A DNA stretch of 64,000 nucleotides from Rikenellaceae bacterium (GCA_015059715.1 SUZV01000003.1:33544-97543), one strand, 5' to 3'; shown: positions 18,507-29,185, numbered from the stretch's first letter. Notes: generated from the sequence alone by a model not told the origin. A program made the numbers and translations.

Positions 18507-18551
18507 CCTCAGCCTGTGGCTACGTATAAATCTACGAGCTACAGGCTGAGG
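18507..18551 (+). terminator. Hairpin terminator after the DUF349 gene
   Basis: CCTCAGCCTGT (18507-18517) pairs perfectly with ACAGGCTGAGG (18541-18551). There is no strong T-tract. Confidence 0.5.
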
Positions 18552-18591
18552 TCAGAACATAAAAAACTAAGGAACAAATCAATATATTGCT

Positions 18592-20220
18592 ATGAAACTC
18601 TCTAAACCAAAGTACATATTTGTCACTGGCGGTGTAGCCTCATCGCTTGGCAAGGGCATCATCTCGGCATCTATAGCGCGTCTACTTCAGGCACGTGGCT
18701 ACTCGGTGACTATACAGAAGCTCGACCCATACATCAACGTAGACCCAGGTACGCTCAACCCCTACGAGCACGGCGAATGTTATGTCACAGAGGATGGCAC
18801 CGAGACAGACCTCGACTTGGGCCACTACGAGCGTTTTACATCGATACAGACAACGCGCAACAACAACGTAACGACAGGTAAGATATATCAATGCGTCATA
18901 GAGAAGGAGCGCAGCGGCGAGTTCTTGGGCAAGACCGTGCAGGTTATCCCCCATATCACCGACGAGATTAAGCGTCGTGTGCAGCTGCTGGGTGCTACAA
19001 AGAAGTATGATGTCATCATCACCGAGATTGGTGGTACGGTGGGCGACATCGAGTCACTTCCGTTTATCGAGTCTGTACGTCAGCTACGCTACGAGCTCGG
19101 CTATCAGAATACCGTACTTGTACACCTTACGCTTATACCATATATGGCGGCCTCGGGCGAGCTTAAGACCAAGCCTACGCAGCACTCAGTCAAGGAGTTG
19201 CTCTCTTACGGTTTGCAGCCCGACATCCTCGTACTTCGCTCCGAGCACGACCTAAGTCAGGAGATTCGTCGCAAGGTGGCCCTCTTCTGCAACGTGACCC
19301 CCGAGGCAGTTGTTCAATCTATCGACGTGCCTACGATATATGAGGTGCCTCTGCGTATGCATGCACAGAACCTCGATGGTGTACTCCTTGAGAAGCTTGG
19401 TCTGGAGTCTAACCAGGAGCCTAATATGGCCGAGTGGGAGGCCTTTGTTGAGCGTATCAAGAACCCAAAGAGCACCGTAGATATCGCCTTGGTGGGTAAG
19501 TATACCGAGCTGCCCGATGCATACAAGTCTATCAGCGAGTCGTTCATCCACGCTGGCACAGTAAACGAGGTCAAGGTAAAGCTCCACTACGTCAACTCGG
19601 AGCGTCTGACCATCGATAATGTCAGCGACTACCTCGGCTCGATGTCGGCAATCATGGTAGCCCCAGGCTTTGGTAATCGCGGTATTGAGGGTAAGCTTAC
19701 GGCTGTACGCTATGCACGCGAGAATAATGTGCCATTCTTTGGTATCTGCCTCGGTATGCAGTGTGCTGTCATAGAGTTTGCACGCAACGTCATCGGCTGG
19801 CACGATGCCAACTCAAGCGAGATGGCACAGACGAAGCATGCCGTTATCGACCTTATGGAGGAGCAGAAGAAGATTACTGCAAAGGGCGGCACTATGCGTC
19901 TTGGCGGCTACCCCTGCCACCTCAATGCCGACTCACGCACAGCAGAGGCCTATGGCAAGGAGGATGTCGTGGAGCGTCACCGCCACCGCTACGAGTTTAA
20001 CAACGCCTTTATCGCTGACTTCGAGGCTGCGGGCATGAAGGCCGTAGGCCATAACCCCGACACTGGCCTTGTTGAGGTTGTCGAGATACCATCGCACCGC
20101 TGGTTCGTAGGTACGCAGTACCACCCCGAGTACCACTCAACAGCAGCAAATCCTCATCCATTGTTCGTGCGTTTTGTTCAAGAGGCACTCAAATACCGCG
20201 ATGAGAGAGCTGCGAAGTAG
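18592..20220 (+). CDS. pyrG: CTP synthase
   Basis: KYIFVTGGVASSLGKGI, DPYINVDPGT, and glutamine amidotransferase GICLGMQ. Confidence 0.95.
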   Translation: MKLSKPKYIFVTGGVASSLGKGIISASIARLLQARGYSVTIQKLDPYINVDPGTLNPYEHGECYVTEDGTETDLDLGHYERFTSIQTTRNNNVTTGKIYQCVIEKERSGEFLGKTVQVIPHITDEIKRRVQLLGATKKYDVIITEIGGTVGDIESLPFIESVRQLRYELGYQNTVLVHLTLIPYMAASGELKTKPTQHSVKELLSYGLQPDILVLRSEHDLSQEIRRKVALFCNVTPEAVVQSIDVPTIYEVPLRMHAQNLDGVLLEKLGLESNQEPNMAEWEAFVERIKNPKSTVDIALVGKYTELPDAYKSISESFIHAGTVNEVKVKLHYVNSERLTIDNVSDYLGSMSAIMVAPGFGNRGIEGKLTAVRYARENNVPFFGICLGMQCAVIEFARNVIGWHDANSSEMAQTKHAVIDLMEEQKKITAKGGTMRLGGYPCHLNADSRTAEAYGKEDVVERHRHRYEFNNAFIADFEAAGMKAVGHNPDTGLVEVVEIPSHRWFVGTQYHPEYHSTAANPHPLFVRFVQEALKYRDERAAK

Positions 20221-20228
20221 TTTTTGAC

Positions 20229-20236
20229 TATCTTTG
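20229..20236 (+). promoter_or_regulatory. Putative -7 promoter box for yidC
   Basis: TATCTTTG about 51 nt upstream of ATG 20288. It is also the left arm of a short hairpin, TATCTTT/AAAGATA. Confidence 0.35.
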
Positions 20237-20287
20237 CAGCGCGAAAGATATTTTTACAACCTAAATAGTTTATAGTAACGACACAGA

Positions 20288-22219
20288 ATGGATAAAAAGA
20301 CGATTATTGGTATCGTGCTGATGATTGCCGTCTTCATAGGCTTCTCGTTCTACCAGAGCTACGAGATGGAGCAGCAGCAGGAGATACTCAAGGAGAGGGC
20401 TAAGAGAGAGCAGACGGAGAGGGCTCAGCGCATTGCCGAGGCCGAGGCTCAGCGTATGCTTGAGGAGAATATGACCGCCGAGGAGCGCGCTGTGCGCGAC
20501 TCTATCGAGCTTGCAGAGAGAGAGAATGCCGAGATTTACCATCACGGAGCGGCTCTCTACGCAGCACGTAGTGGCATTGTGCGTCTTGACACGCTACGTA
20601 ACGATGTTATGAGCGTGGTGTTTGACAATCGCGGAGGTAAGATTGTAGATGTGACGCTTAACGACTATACGCGCTACGACGATGGCGAGCGCAGCGAGCT
20701 TGTTAAGCTAATAGCCCCTGGCTCGGCCAATATGGGCGTTTCGCTATTCCGTAACAACGCCAAGGAGCCACTCAACACCAACAACTACTTCTTTGTGCCT
20801 AAGGTCGAGAAGTTTGAGGACCGCGCAGTGATGACTATGACGCTAAGGGTAGATACCGACGCTGCCATAGAGTATATCTACACCATCTACAACACGGGTA
20901 ACCCCAGCCGCGACTACCTCATCGACTTTACCATCAACGAGGTTGGCATAGACCACCTGCTTAATGGTTCGGATAAGTTAGTACTTAGCTGGACGAGCCG
21001 CTCTTTACAGAACGAGCGTAGCTTCCAGAACGAGTCAATGGCCTCGAACATCCTCTACATGAGCGATGGCGACAGCGACGAGCTGGACGCATCGGGCGAG
21101 GAGGAGGAGCTTAGCGAGCTTAGTTGGTTGGCCTTCAAGCAGCAGTACTTCACCTCGGCACTCCTTGCCGAGGGTAACTTCGCCGCCACAACATCGTTCA
21201 AGACTGCAAAGGATGATACCGTAGGCTTTGTTAAGGAGTACACTGCCGAGATAGAGATTCCACACAGCGCGACAGACACGCAGCACAATCTGGCCCTATA
21301 CTACGGACCTAACGACTTCAAAATAATGAAGGGTGTGGAGTTCAAGGGTCAGGACTCGAACCTTGAGGATATTATCCCTATGGGAGGTCTTTTGATTGGC
21401 TGGTGGAATAAGATTGTCACTATACCTATCTTCCACTGGCTCAGCGACCATGGTCTTAGCTTCGGACTTATCATCCTGATACTTACGCTCTTGGTTAAGT
21501 TGATTATTTTACCGCTTACCTACAAGAGCTATATGTCTACGGCTAAGATGCGCGCCATACGTCCCGAGTTGGAGGCTATAAATACCAAGTATCCCAATCC
21601 AGATGATGCTATGAAGAAGCAGCAGGCGACAATGGAGCTATATCAGAAGGTTGGCATCAGCCCTATGGGTGGCTGTCTACCCCTGCTTATCCAGATGCCG
21701 ATACTCTGGGCTATGTTCCGCTTCTTCCCTGCAAGTATCGAGCTTCGTGGCGAGGGCTTCCTCTGGGCCGACGACCTATCGACATACGATAGTGTCCTTG
21801 AGCTACCATTTAACATACCTTTCTATGGCAACCACATCAGCCTCTTCGCGCTGCTTATGGCCCTGGCACTCTTTGGCTACTCGTTCCTGACATACAAGCA
21901 GCAGGCAGCCACCACCGCTGGTCAGCCAGGCGCAGGTATGATGAAGTTTATGATGGTATACTTTATGCCAGTTATGATGCTCTTCTTCTTCAACAACTAC
22001 TCGTCGGGATTGTGCTACTACTACTTCCTCTCGCAGATATTTACTATGATTATTATGTTTGCGATACGCCATAGTGTAGACGATGAGAAGGTACGCGCCA
22101 AGCTCCTCTCGCACAAGCCACGCAAGAAGACTCGCTTCCAGGAGCGATACGAGGAGGCACTGCGTCAGCAGCAGGAGCAGATGACTATAAATCGTGAGCA
22201 GCGTCGCCAGCGTAGATAA
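20288..22219 (+). CDS. yidC: Membrane protein insertase YidC (long Bacteroidetes form)
   Basis: N-terminal TM, large periplasmic domain, and a C-terminal 60-kDa IMP core (LTYKSYMSTAKMRAIRPE, MGGCLPLLIQMPI). Confidence 0.9.
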   Translation: MDKKTIIGIVLMIAVFIGFSFYQSYEMEQQQEILKERAKREQTERAQRIAEAEAQRMLEENMTAEERAVRDSIELAERENAEIYHHGAALYAARSGIVRLDTLRNDVMSVVFDNRGGKIVDVTLNDYTRYDDGERSELVKLIAPGSANMGVSLFRNNAKEPLNTNNYFFVPKVEKFEDRAVMTMTLRVDTDAAIEYIYTIYNTGNPSRDYLIDFTINEVGIDHLLNGSDKLVLSWTSRSLQNERSFQNESMASNILYMSDGDSDELDASGEEEELSELSWLAFKQQYFTSALLAEGNFAATTSFKTAKDDTVGFVKEYTAEIEIPHSATDTQHNLALYYGPNDFKIMKGVEFKGQDSNLEDIIPMGGLLIGWWNKIVTIPIFHWLSDHGLSFGLIILILTLLVKLIILPLTYKSYMSTAKMRAIRPELEAINTKYPNPDDAMKKQQATMELYQKVGISPMGGCLPLLIQMPILWAMFRFFPASIELRGEGFLWADDLSTYDSVLELPFNIPFYGNHISLFALLMALALFGYSFLTYKQQAATTAGQPGAGMMKFMMVYFMPVMMLFFFNNYSSGLCYYYFLSQIFTMIIMFAIRHSVDDEKVRAKLLSHKPRKKTRFQERYEEALRQQQEQMTINREQRRQRR

Positions 22220-22247
22220 CGCGCGCATATATACGCACGACAAGTAT

Positions 22248-22283
22248 AAGGTGGAGCTCGTCAATGATGGCGAGCTCCACCTT
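22248..22283 (+). terminator. Hairpin terminator after yidC
   Basis: Perfect 13-bp stem AAGGTGGAGCTCG / CGAGCTCCACCTT. Confidence 0.6.
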
Positions 22284-22407
22284 TGCTATACCCTCTGTCT
22301 AGACCAAAAGACCATATTACGATAATGCAAATGAATATATAGTAGGTAAAAGTGTGAATGATGGATAAAAAAGTGCAATAAATTTGTATGTTTGACGTAA
22401 AATTTAT

Positions 22408-22415
22408 TACCTTTG
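22408..22415 (+). promoter_or_regulatory. Putative -7 promoter box for the hyd operon
   Basis: TACCTTTG about 27 nt upstream of ATG 22443, with TTTG motifs 14-22 nt further upstream. Confidence 0.35.
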
Positions 22416-22442
22416 TTACATTGAAAACCCAACTTTTATTGT

Positions 22443-23891
22443 ATGGCTATTAAGAATAACGTTATGATTGTGCGCCAGAGACTTCTTACGAAACTCGTAA
22501 GCCTCTGGAATGAGGGACACCTTGTCGAGCAGATTGACCGTGTGCCCATCGAATTTAGCCCTCGCAACTCTCAGGTTCGTGGACGTTGCTGCATCCATAA
22601 GGAGCGTGCAGTATGGAAGTATAAGTCACTGCCACTCTTGGGCTATGACATGACCGATGAGAGGGATGAGTTGATGCCCCTCTCGGAGTATGCACAGATG
22701 GCCCTTAATCGCGATAAGATTAAGGATAACATTATGTGTGTTATCGACGAGGCTTGTTCGTCTTGCGTGCGCACAAACTACGATATCACCAACCTCTGTC
22801 GCGGTTGTGTGGCACGTGCTTGCGAGCATGCCTGCCCTAAGGGAGCTATAGAGTTCGACCCCGAGACCTCGCAGGGTAAGATTAACCACAAGATATGTAT
22901 CAGCTGTGGTAAGTGTTTCGCTGCCTGCCCATATCACGCCATTGTATACATCCCCGTACCATGTGAGGAGGCCTGCCCTGTAGGTGCTATCTCAAAAGAT
23001 GAGTATGGCGTTGAGCATATCGACGAGTCGAAGTGTATCTACTGCGGTAAGTGTATGAACGCCTGCCCATTCGGTGCTATCTTCGAGATATCACAGGTAT
23101 TCGATATCCTCCAGGCTATACGTCGTGGCGAGGAGGTTGTAGCTATGGTCGCTCCATCAATCCTCTCGCAGTACAACGTACCTATCGAGCAGGTATATGG
23201 CGCGATTAAGGCTATAGGCTTTAAGGATGTCATCGAGGTAGCTCGCGGTGCCGAGATTACCACCGAGCGCGAGACACACGAGTTTGCAGAGAAGATGGAG
23301 GAGGGTCAGCCATTTATGACCACCTCGTGCTGCCCATCCTATATGGAGATGGCCCGTAAGCATGCCCCCGAGCTTAAGAAGTATATCTCAACGACATACT
23401 CACCAATGATTTACACTGCCGAGATAGCTCGCCAGAAGCATCCAAATGCTAAGCTTGTCTTTGTAGGCCCATGTATCGCAAAGCGTAAGGAGGTACGTCG
23501 CGAGGATGTTGCAGGCAAGGTAGACTTCGTGCTTACATACGAGGAGATTCACGCCATCCTTGGCGGTATGAATATCGAGCTTGGCGAGGCTCACGTTCAC
23601 CCTGTAGATTGCTCATCACGTCGCTCGGCACACGGCTTTGCCGAGAATGGTGGTGTAACAGCTGCGGTTAAGGAGCTTGTAGATGGCAAGATTGACTTTA
23701 CAACGTTGCAGATTGCAGGTCTTAATAAGAAGAATGTCGGTCTGTTGAAGGCTTACGGTAAGACGGGCAAGGCACCAGCACAGTTTATCGAGGTTATGGT
23801 CTGCGATGGCGGATGTATCTCGGGTCCAAGTGTTCACACTGCCTATGGCGACGGTAAGAAGACCTTCGATGCCGAGCTTAAGAAGCGATAA
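22443..23891 (+). CDS. hydA: [FeFe]-hydrogenase catalytic subunit with ferredoxin-like 4Fe-4S domains
   Basis: Several CxxCxxCxxxCP clusters (CISCGKCFAACP, CIYCGKCMNACP). H-cluster motifs TTSCCPSY, GPCIAKRKE and VMVCDGGCISGP. Confidence 0.85.
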   Translation: MAIKNNVMIVRQRLLTKLVSLWNEGHLVEQIDRVPIEFSPRNSQVRGRCCIHKERAVWKYKSLPLLGYDMTDERDELMPLSEYAQMALNRDKIKDNIMCVIDEACSSCVRTNYDITNLCRGCVARACEHACPKGAIEFDPETSQGKINHKICISCGKCFAACPYHAIVYIPVPCEEACPVGAISKDEYGVEHIDESKCIYCGKCMNACPFGAIFEISQVFDILQAIRRGEEVVAMVAPSILSQYNVPIEQVYGAIKAIGFKDVIEVARGAEITTERETHEFAEKMEEGQPFMTTSCCPSYMEMARKHAPELKKYISTTYSPMIYTAEIARQKHPNAKLVFVGPCIAKRKEVRREDVAGKVDFVLTYEEIHAILGGMNIELGEAHVHPVDCSSRRSAHGFAENGGVTAAVKELVDGKIDFTTLQIAGLNKKNVGLLKAYGKTGKAPAQFIEVMVCDGGCISGPSVHTAYGDGKKTFDAELKKR

Positions 23892-23893
23892 TA

Positions 23894-24946
23894 ATGAGAG
23901 AGTTAGTTGAGCAGCTGGCGTCAAGTCACAGTCTCGACGCAACGAGTTTGGGCACACTCATTGATGCGTGTGCCACAGACCCGAGCGTGCTACAACATCT
24001 CCGCGATAATGCCGTCCGAACTGCACGCCAGCAGTTCGGACTTGGCATCTATATACGCGGTCTAATCGAGCTATCGAGCTACTGTCGTGCCGACTGTCTA
24101 TACTGCGGACTTAGGCGTAGCAACCGCACCGCAGAGCGTTATCGCCTAACAAAGGAGGAGGTCATGGAGTGCTGCAAGGAGGGATATGCATTGGGTTTTC
24201 GCACCTTCGTACTCCAGGGTGGCGAGGATGGTACACACTCGGATGAGTGGCTTACGGAGCTACTCTCACATATCCGCAGCCTATACCCCGATGTAGCCAT
24301 CACACTCTCGCTCGGCGAGCGCAGCGAGGAGTCCTACATACGCCTTCGTAGGGCAGGTGCTAACCGCTACCTTCTACGCCACGAGGCGGCCAACGAGGCT
24401 CTCTACGACTCGCTCCACCCCTCGGGCCGAGGCATTAAGCACCGCTTAGCCTGCGTTGAGGCGTTGCAACGTGCCGACTATCAGGTGGGCATGGGAATGA
24501 TGATAGGCGTTAAGGGACAGACGACACAACACCTTGTCGAGGATCTAAAGCTCATCGAGCGATATCGACCACAGATGGTAGGCATAGGTCCATTTCTCCC
24601 CCACCACGCCACGCCACTTGGCAACGAGCCTAAGGGTGATTTGGCCCTCACGCTCGCAGCAGTGGCCATAACACGACTTATGCTGCCGAAGGCACTTATA
24701 CCCTCGACGACAGCCTTAGCTACGCTATCGCCCACGGGACGACTTGAGGGCATACTCTCGGGAGCCAATGTAGTGATGCCCAACCTATCCCCCTCGGATG
24801 TTAGGGCGAAATATGCGATATATGAGAATAAAGCCTCGTGGGGACGTGAGGCAGCCGAAGGTCTTAACGCATTGGAGAGCGAGCTAAGCACCATAGGCTA
24901 CCACATAGACTACTCGCGAGGAGATTACAACAACCAAAACGACTAA
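23894..24946 (+). CDS. hydE: [FeFe]-hydrogenase maturase HydE (radical SAM)
   Basis: CRADCLYCGLRR radical-SAM cluster; BioB-like body; sits between hydA and hydG. Confidence 0.85.
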   Translation: MRELVEQLASSHSLDATSLGTLIDACATDPSVLQHLRDNAVRTARQQFGLGIYIRGLIELSSYCRADCLYCGLRRSNRTAERYRLTKEEVMECCKEGYALGFRTFVLQGGEDGTHSDEWLTELLSHIRSLYPDVAITLSLGERSEESYIRLRRAGANRYLLRHEAANEALYDSLHPSGRGIKHRLACVEALQRADYQVGMGMMIGVKGQTTQHLVEDLKLIERYRPQMVGIGPFLPHHATPLGNEPKGDLALTLAAVAITRLMLPKALIPSTTALATLSPTGRLEGILSGANVVMPNLSPSDVRAKYAIYENKASWGREAAEGLNALESELSTIGYHIDYSRGDYNNQND

Positions 24947-24948
24947 TT

Positions 24949-26379
24949 ATGAGTGAAATAAAATACAACGTAAACTCGGAGCGTGCCGAGGAGTTTATCA
25001 ACGATGGCGAGATACGCGCCACGTTGGAGTATGCACAAAAACATAAGGCAGACCGCGCCCTTATCGATGAGATACTTCGTAAGGCCGAGGAGGGCAATGG
25101 CATCACTCACCGCGAGGCTGCTGTGCTCATCGAGGTAGAGGACAAGGAGGTTGAGGAGCGTCTATACACTATCGCACGCCGCCTTAAGGAGCGTATATAT
25201 GGCAACCGTATCGTCATGTTTGCACCGCTATACCTCTCGAACCACTGCGTAAATGGCTGCGTCTACTGCCCCTACCACGCTAAGAATAGGAGCATACCAC
25301 GCCGCAAGCTCACACAGGAGGAGATACGTCGCGAGGTTATCGCTCTACAGGATATGGGACACAAGCGTCTGGCCCTGGAGACAGGCGAGCACCCCAAGCT
25401 CAGCCCTATAGAGTATGTTTTGGAGTCTATCGACACTATCTACTCAATCCATCATAAGAATGGTGCCATACGCCGCGTGAATGTGAACATTGCTGCTACC
25501 ACCGTCGAGAACTACACTCGCCTTAAGGATGCAGGCATCGGCACATACATTCTCTTCGAGGAGACATACGACAAGGCCGCCTACGAGCGTCTCCACCCTA
25601 CAGGTCCTAAGAGCGACTGGGCATACCACACCGAGGCTATGGACCGCGCAATGATGGGTGGCATAGATGATGTTGGCGTGGGAGCACTCTTTGGATTGTC
25701 GAACTATCGCTACGATGTTGTAGGTATCCTTATGCACGCCGAGCACCTTGAGGCACGCTTTGGCGTAGGCCCACACACTATCAGTGTGCCACGTATCCGT
25801 CCTGCGGACGATATCGACCCTAAGGATTTCCCCGATGCCGTTACCGACGATGTCTTTCGTCGCATAGTGGCAGTGCTTCGCGTGGCAGTGCCATATACAG
25901 GTATGATTGTCTCGACACGCGAGTCGAAGCGTTCTCGCGAGCTGGTGCTTGATGTCGGCGTATCGCAGCTTAGTGGCGGCTCGAAGACCAGCGTGGGAGG
26001 CTATGCCGAAGGTGTTGTAGATGCCGAGGAGTCGGCACAGTTCGACATCTCGGACAACAGAACGCTCGACGAGATTGTAGGTTGGCTCTTAGAGCTTGGC
26101 TACATTCCAAGCTTCTGCACCGCCTGCTATCGTGAGGGTCGCACAGGAGATAGGTTTATGTCGCTGGCTAAGCGAGGACTTATCGGCAACTGCTGCGCTC
26201 CGAATGCCCTTATGACCCTTGCAGAGTACTTAGAGGACTATGCCTCGCCTGCCGTAAAGGTCGAGGGCGCGAAGATGATACACCGCCTAACACAGATTAT
26301 CCCCTCGGATAAGGTGCGTCGCATCACCGAGGAGAATCTCAAGGCTATAGTTGAGGGTAAGCGCGACTTTAGATTCTAA
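24949..26379 (+). CDS. hydG: [FeFe]-hydrogenase maturase HydG (radical SAM tyrosine lyase)
   Basis: SNHCVNGCVYCPY radical-SAM motif and a C-terminal auxiliary-cluster cysteine region (FCTACYREGRTG). Confidence 0.9.
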   Translation: MSEIKYNVNSERAEEFINDGEIRATLEYAQKHKADRALIDEILRKAEEGNGITHREAAVLIEVEDKEVEERLYTIARRLKERIYGNRIVMFAPLYLSNHCVNGCVYCPYHAKNRSIPRRKLTQEEIRREVIALQDMGHKRLALETGEHPKLSPIEYVLESIDTIYSIHHKNGAIRRVNVNIAATTVENYTRLKDAGIGTYILFEETYDKAAYERLHPTGPKSDWAYHTEAMDRAMMGGIDDVGVGALFGLSNYRYDVVGILMHAEHLEARFGVGPHTISVPRIRPADDIDPKDFPDAVTDDVFRRIVAVLRVAVPYTGMIVSTRESKRSRELVLDVGVSQLSGGSKTSVGGYAEGVVDAEESAQFDISDNRTLDEIVGWLLELGYIPSFCTACYREGRTGDRFMSLAKRGLIGNCCAPNALMTLAEYLEDYASPAVKVEGAKMIHRLTQIIPSDKVRRITEENLKAIVEGKRDFRF

Positions 26380-26401
26380 TAGTAACAGATATACCGAACT
26401 A

Positions 26402-27586
26402 ATGATGCAGAGCAGAGCAAATGCCGAGCGCGTACATATAGCCATCTTTGGACGCTGCAATGCTGGAAAGTCGACACTCGTAAACCGTCTTACGGGACAG
26501 GATGTGTCGATAGTATCGGCCATTGCTGGTACGACAACAGACCCAGTGCAGAAGGCTATCGAGATAACTGGGTTGGGAGCAGTGCTGATTATCGACACCC
26601 CGGGTCTGGACGACAGCACACAGCTCGGCAGCGAGCGTGTAGCACGCACAGCAAGGGTGCTCGATAGAACAGATGTAGCTATAGTCCTTTTGCAAGGTGC
26701 CATCGAGCCGAGTGAGTTGGCAATTATTGAGGAGTGTCGCACGCGCGAGATTCCTGTTATCGTCGCCATAAGCCACTCCGACGCTATAGCCGACAGTGAA
26801 TCACTGTGTCGCGATATTGAGCAGCAAACATCACACAAGCCACTACTTATCAGTCCGCTGCGTGGTGATGGCATAGATAAGCTTATAGAGAGCATTGTGG
26901 CACTTGGGCAGAGCGAGGAGCGACTTATCACCGAGGGTTTTTGCAAGGCAGGTGACCGCGTATTGTTGGTTATGCCACAGGATAAGTCTGCCCCTAAGGG
27001 ACGACTCATACAGCCACAGGTACAGACCCTCCGCGAGCTATTGGATAGAGGGTGCATACCGATTTGCTGCACCCCTGAGCGTATGGCCGCGACGATAGCC
27101 TCGCTGGTGACACCTCCAGAGTTGATAATCACCGACTCGCAAGCCTTCAACGAGGTATACAAGCTCAAGCCCGAGGCCTCGACACTCACCTCGTTCTCTA
27201 TACTCTTTGCTCGCTACAAGGGCGATATCAAGCTCTTTGTCGAGGGTGTAAAGGCGTTAGAGAGGATAACACCTCAGTCGCGCATACTTATCGCCGAGGC
27301 ATGCACACACACGCCACAGAATGAGGATATTGGACGTGTAAAGCTACCACGCCTGCTACGTAAGAGGTTTGGCGAGGAGCTAAGCATCGACATCGTGGGA
27401 GGTGCAGACTACCCCGAGGACCTTGGTGTCTATGACCTTGTGATACACTGCGGAGCCTGCATGTTTAACCGCAAACATGTGCTCAGCCGCATTGAGAGGG
27501 CCCGTAAACAGGGTGTGGCGATAACCAACTATGGCGTAATTCTCGCAGCCCTGACAGGCATACTCGACAAGGTGCGTACCGCGTAG
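26402..27586 (+). CDS. hydF: [FeFe]-hydrogenase maturation GTPase HydF
   Basis: P-loop GRCNAGKSTLVNRL, DTPG, and C-terminal CxHx...HCGAC cluster ligands (EACTHTP, IHCGACM). ATG 26402 chosen over the alternative start at 26351, which overlaps hydG. Confidence 0.85.
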   Translation: MMQSRANAERVHIAIFGRCNAGKSTLVNRLTGQDVSIVSAIAGTTTDPVQKAIEITGLGAVLIIDTPGLDDSTQLGSERVARTARVLDRTDVAIVLLQGAIEPSELAIIEECRTREIPVIVAISHSDAIADSESLCRDIEQQTSHKPLLISPLRGDGIDKLIESIVALGQSEERLITEGFCKAGDRVLLVMPQDKSAPKGRLIQPQVQTLRELLDRGCIPICCTPERMAATIASLVTPPELIITDSQAFNEVYKLKPEASTLTSFSILFARYKGDIKLFVEGVKALERITPQSRILIAEACTHTPQNEDIGRVKLPRLLRKRFGEELSIDIVGGADYPEDLGVYDLVIHCGACMFNRKHVLSRIERARKQGVAITNYGVILAALTGILDKVRTA

Positions 27587-27616
27587 TCGCCATTTGGTAG
27601 TTGAAGGAAAAATTCG

Positions 27617-27624
27617 TAACTTTG
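27617..27624 (+). promoter_or_regulatory. Putative -7 promoter box for hpt-queE
   Basis: TAACTTTG about 40 nt upstream of ATG 27665. Confidence 0.3.
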
Positions 27625-27664
27625 GGCAATTATTGACTAACACTCTTTAGAAACTTATCAAGAT

Positions 27665-28216
27665 ATGGCAGAGAATATCGAGAGAATAAAGCTGTTGGAT
27701 AGAAGGTTTAAGACCATGATTCCTGCAGAGGAGATTGATAAGGCTGTGCAGCGCGTTGCTGACCAGCTCAACGTGCGCTACGCAGGCAAGACCCCTATCT
27801 TCCTCGGAGTGCTCAGCGGAGCCTTCCTCTTCCTGAGCGACCTTGTACGCAAGACAACGTTTGATTGTCGTCTGGCCTTTGTGAAGATATCTTCATACGA
27901 AGGTACTCAGTCTACGGGAAACGTCAAACAGCACCTCGGCATCGACTTCGATATCGAGGGTAAGGATATCATCATCGTTGAAGATATCGTCGAGACGGGA
28001 CATAGCATGAACTACCTAATCGACTACCTCAAGGAGCGTAATCCGGCAAGCATATCGATATGTACGCTCTTTTTCAAGCCCGATAAGTTCCTCTACGAGT
28101 ATAAGATAGACTACGTAGCTATGCCTATCGGCAATGAGTTTATAGTTGGTTATGGTCTCGACTACAACCAGATTGGTCGTAACCTCAAGGATATATACGT
28201 TTTAGATGAAGATTAA
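27665..28216 (+). CDS. hpt: Hypoxanthine phosphoribosyltransferase
   Basis: PRPP-binding motif IIIVEDIVETGHS; 183 aa. Confidence 0.9.
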   Translation: MAENIERIKLLDRRFKTMIPAEEIDKAVQRVADQLNVRYAGKTPIFLGVLSGAFLFLSDLVRKTTFDCRLAFVKISSYEGTQSTGNVKQHLGIDFDIEGKDIIIVEDIVETGHSMNYLIDYLKERNPASISICTLFFKPDKFLYEYKIDYVAMPIGNEFIVGYGLDYNQIGRNLKDIYVLDED

Positions 28217-28841
28217 TCCAGACTTAGAGCTTCTCGATGGGGGTCACAAACTACCGTTAGTCGAGGACTTCTACACGATACAGGGCGAGGGCTTCCATAC
28301 GGGTAAGCCCGCCTACTTTATACGCCTCGGAGGGTGTGATGTGGGGTGTCGTTGGTGCGATGCTAAGTATACGTGGAACCCTAAGCTCTTTCCTCCCACG
28401 CCCATCGAGACCATCGTTGAGCGTGCGTCAAGCTGCTCGGCCCAGGCCATCGTCATAACTGGTGGCGAGCCGCTACTATACCCCTTGGAGCCCCTCACAC
28501 GCGAGCTTCACGCACGTGGACTTGAGATTTTTATTGAGACCTCGGGCACAAACCCCATAAGTGGCGAGTTCGACTGGATATGCCTATCGCCCAAACGCCA
28601 GATGCCACCCTTGGAGGAGGCTCTGCGTCGTGCCGATGAGCTAAAGGTGATAATCCAGAGCATCGATGACTTAGAGTGGGCCGTAGAGTGTAGCCACAAG
28701 GTTCGGAAGCGTTGCCTACTATATGTACAACCCGAGTGGAGCGTATACGAGAGCATCATAGGCGATATTGTCGAGTGGGTTAAGGAGCACCCAGCATGGA
28801 ACATATCGATACAGACACACAAGTTTATGCATATACCCTAA
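28206..28841 (+). CDS. queE: 7-carboxy-7-deazaguanine synthase (radical SAM)
   Basis: FYTIQGEGFHTGKPAYFIRLGGCDVGCRWCD. 11-bp overlap with hpt. Confidence 0.85.
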   Translation: MKINPDLELLDGGHKLPLVEDFYTIQGEGFHTGKPAYFIRLGGCDVGCRWCDAKYTWNPKLFPPTPIETIVERASSCSAQAIVITGGEPLLYPLEPLTRELHARGLEIFIETSGTNPISGEFDWICLSPKRQMPPLEEALRRADELKVIIQSIDDLEWAVECSHKVRKRCLLYVQPEWSVYESIIGDIVEWVKEHPAWNISIQTHKFMHIP

Positions 28842-28847
28842 CCTTCT

Positions 28848-29150
28848 ATGGCAAAGAGTAGCGATAAGCGACAGCAGCATATATATATCAACCTTTTCTG
28901 GGTGGTGTTGACCGTAGTCATCGCCATCTGTACCATCGTTGTCTCTATAAGTACCATAGGTGATATGCTACGCACACGCTCCGAAAGGCGTATTGTAGAG
29001 CGCAAAATATCTATTCTCGAAAAGAAGATTCAGGAGGATAGCACCTTTATAGAGATGATTACCACGTCGCCCGAGTTTATGGAGCGTTTCGCTCGCGAGA
29101 ACTACAATATGCAGCGTCCTGGCGAGACGGTCTACATCCTTGAGGAGTGA
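28848..29150 (+). CDS. Septum formation initiator family protein (FtsB/DivIC-like)
   Basis: 100 aa with a single N-terminal TM followed by a coiled-coil segment and a PGE motif (MQRPGETVYI). Confidence 0.55.
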   Translation: MAKSSDKRQQHIYINLFWVVLTVVIAICTIVVSISTIGDMLRTRSERRIVERKISILEKKIQEDSTFIEMITTSPEFMERFARENYNMQRPGETVYILEE

Positions 29151-29185
29151 CCACTTGCCTAAAAATTCTTTGTTTGCCACACAAT

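Noticed and set aside
26351-26401. Upstream alternative start for hydF overlapping hydG by 29 nt
   Set aside because: The added residues (RVSATLDSNSNRYTEL) are not HydF-like. ATG 26402 lies just after the hydG stop and precedes the P-loop at the normal distance.
26287-27189. 300-aa minus-strand ORF
   Set aside because: Entirely antisense to hydG/hydF, which have unambiguous motifs (P-loop, radical-SAM). The translation is Ser/Cys/Arg-rich with no domain-like features, so it is a shadow ORF.
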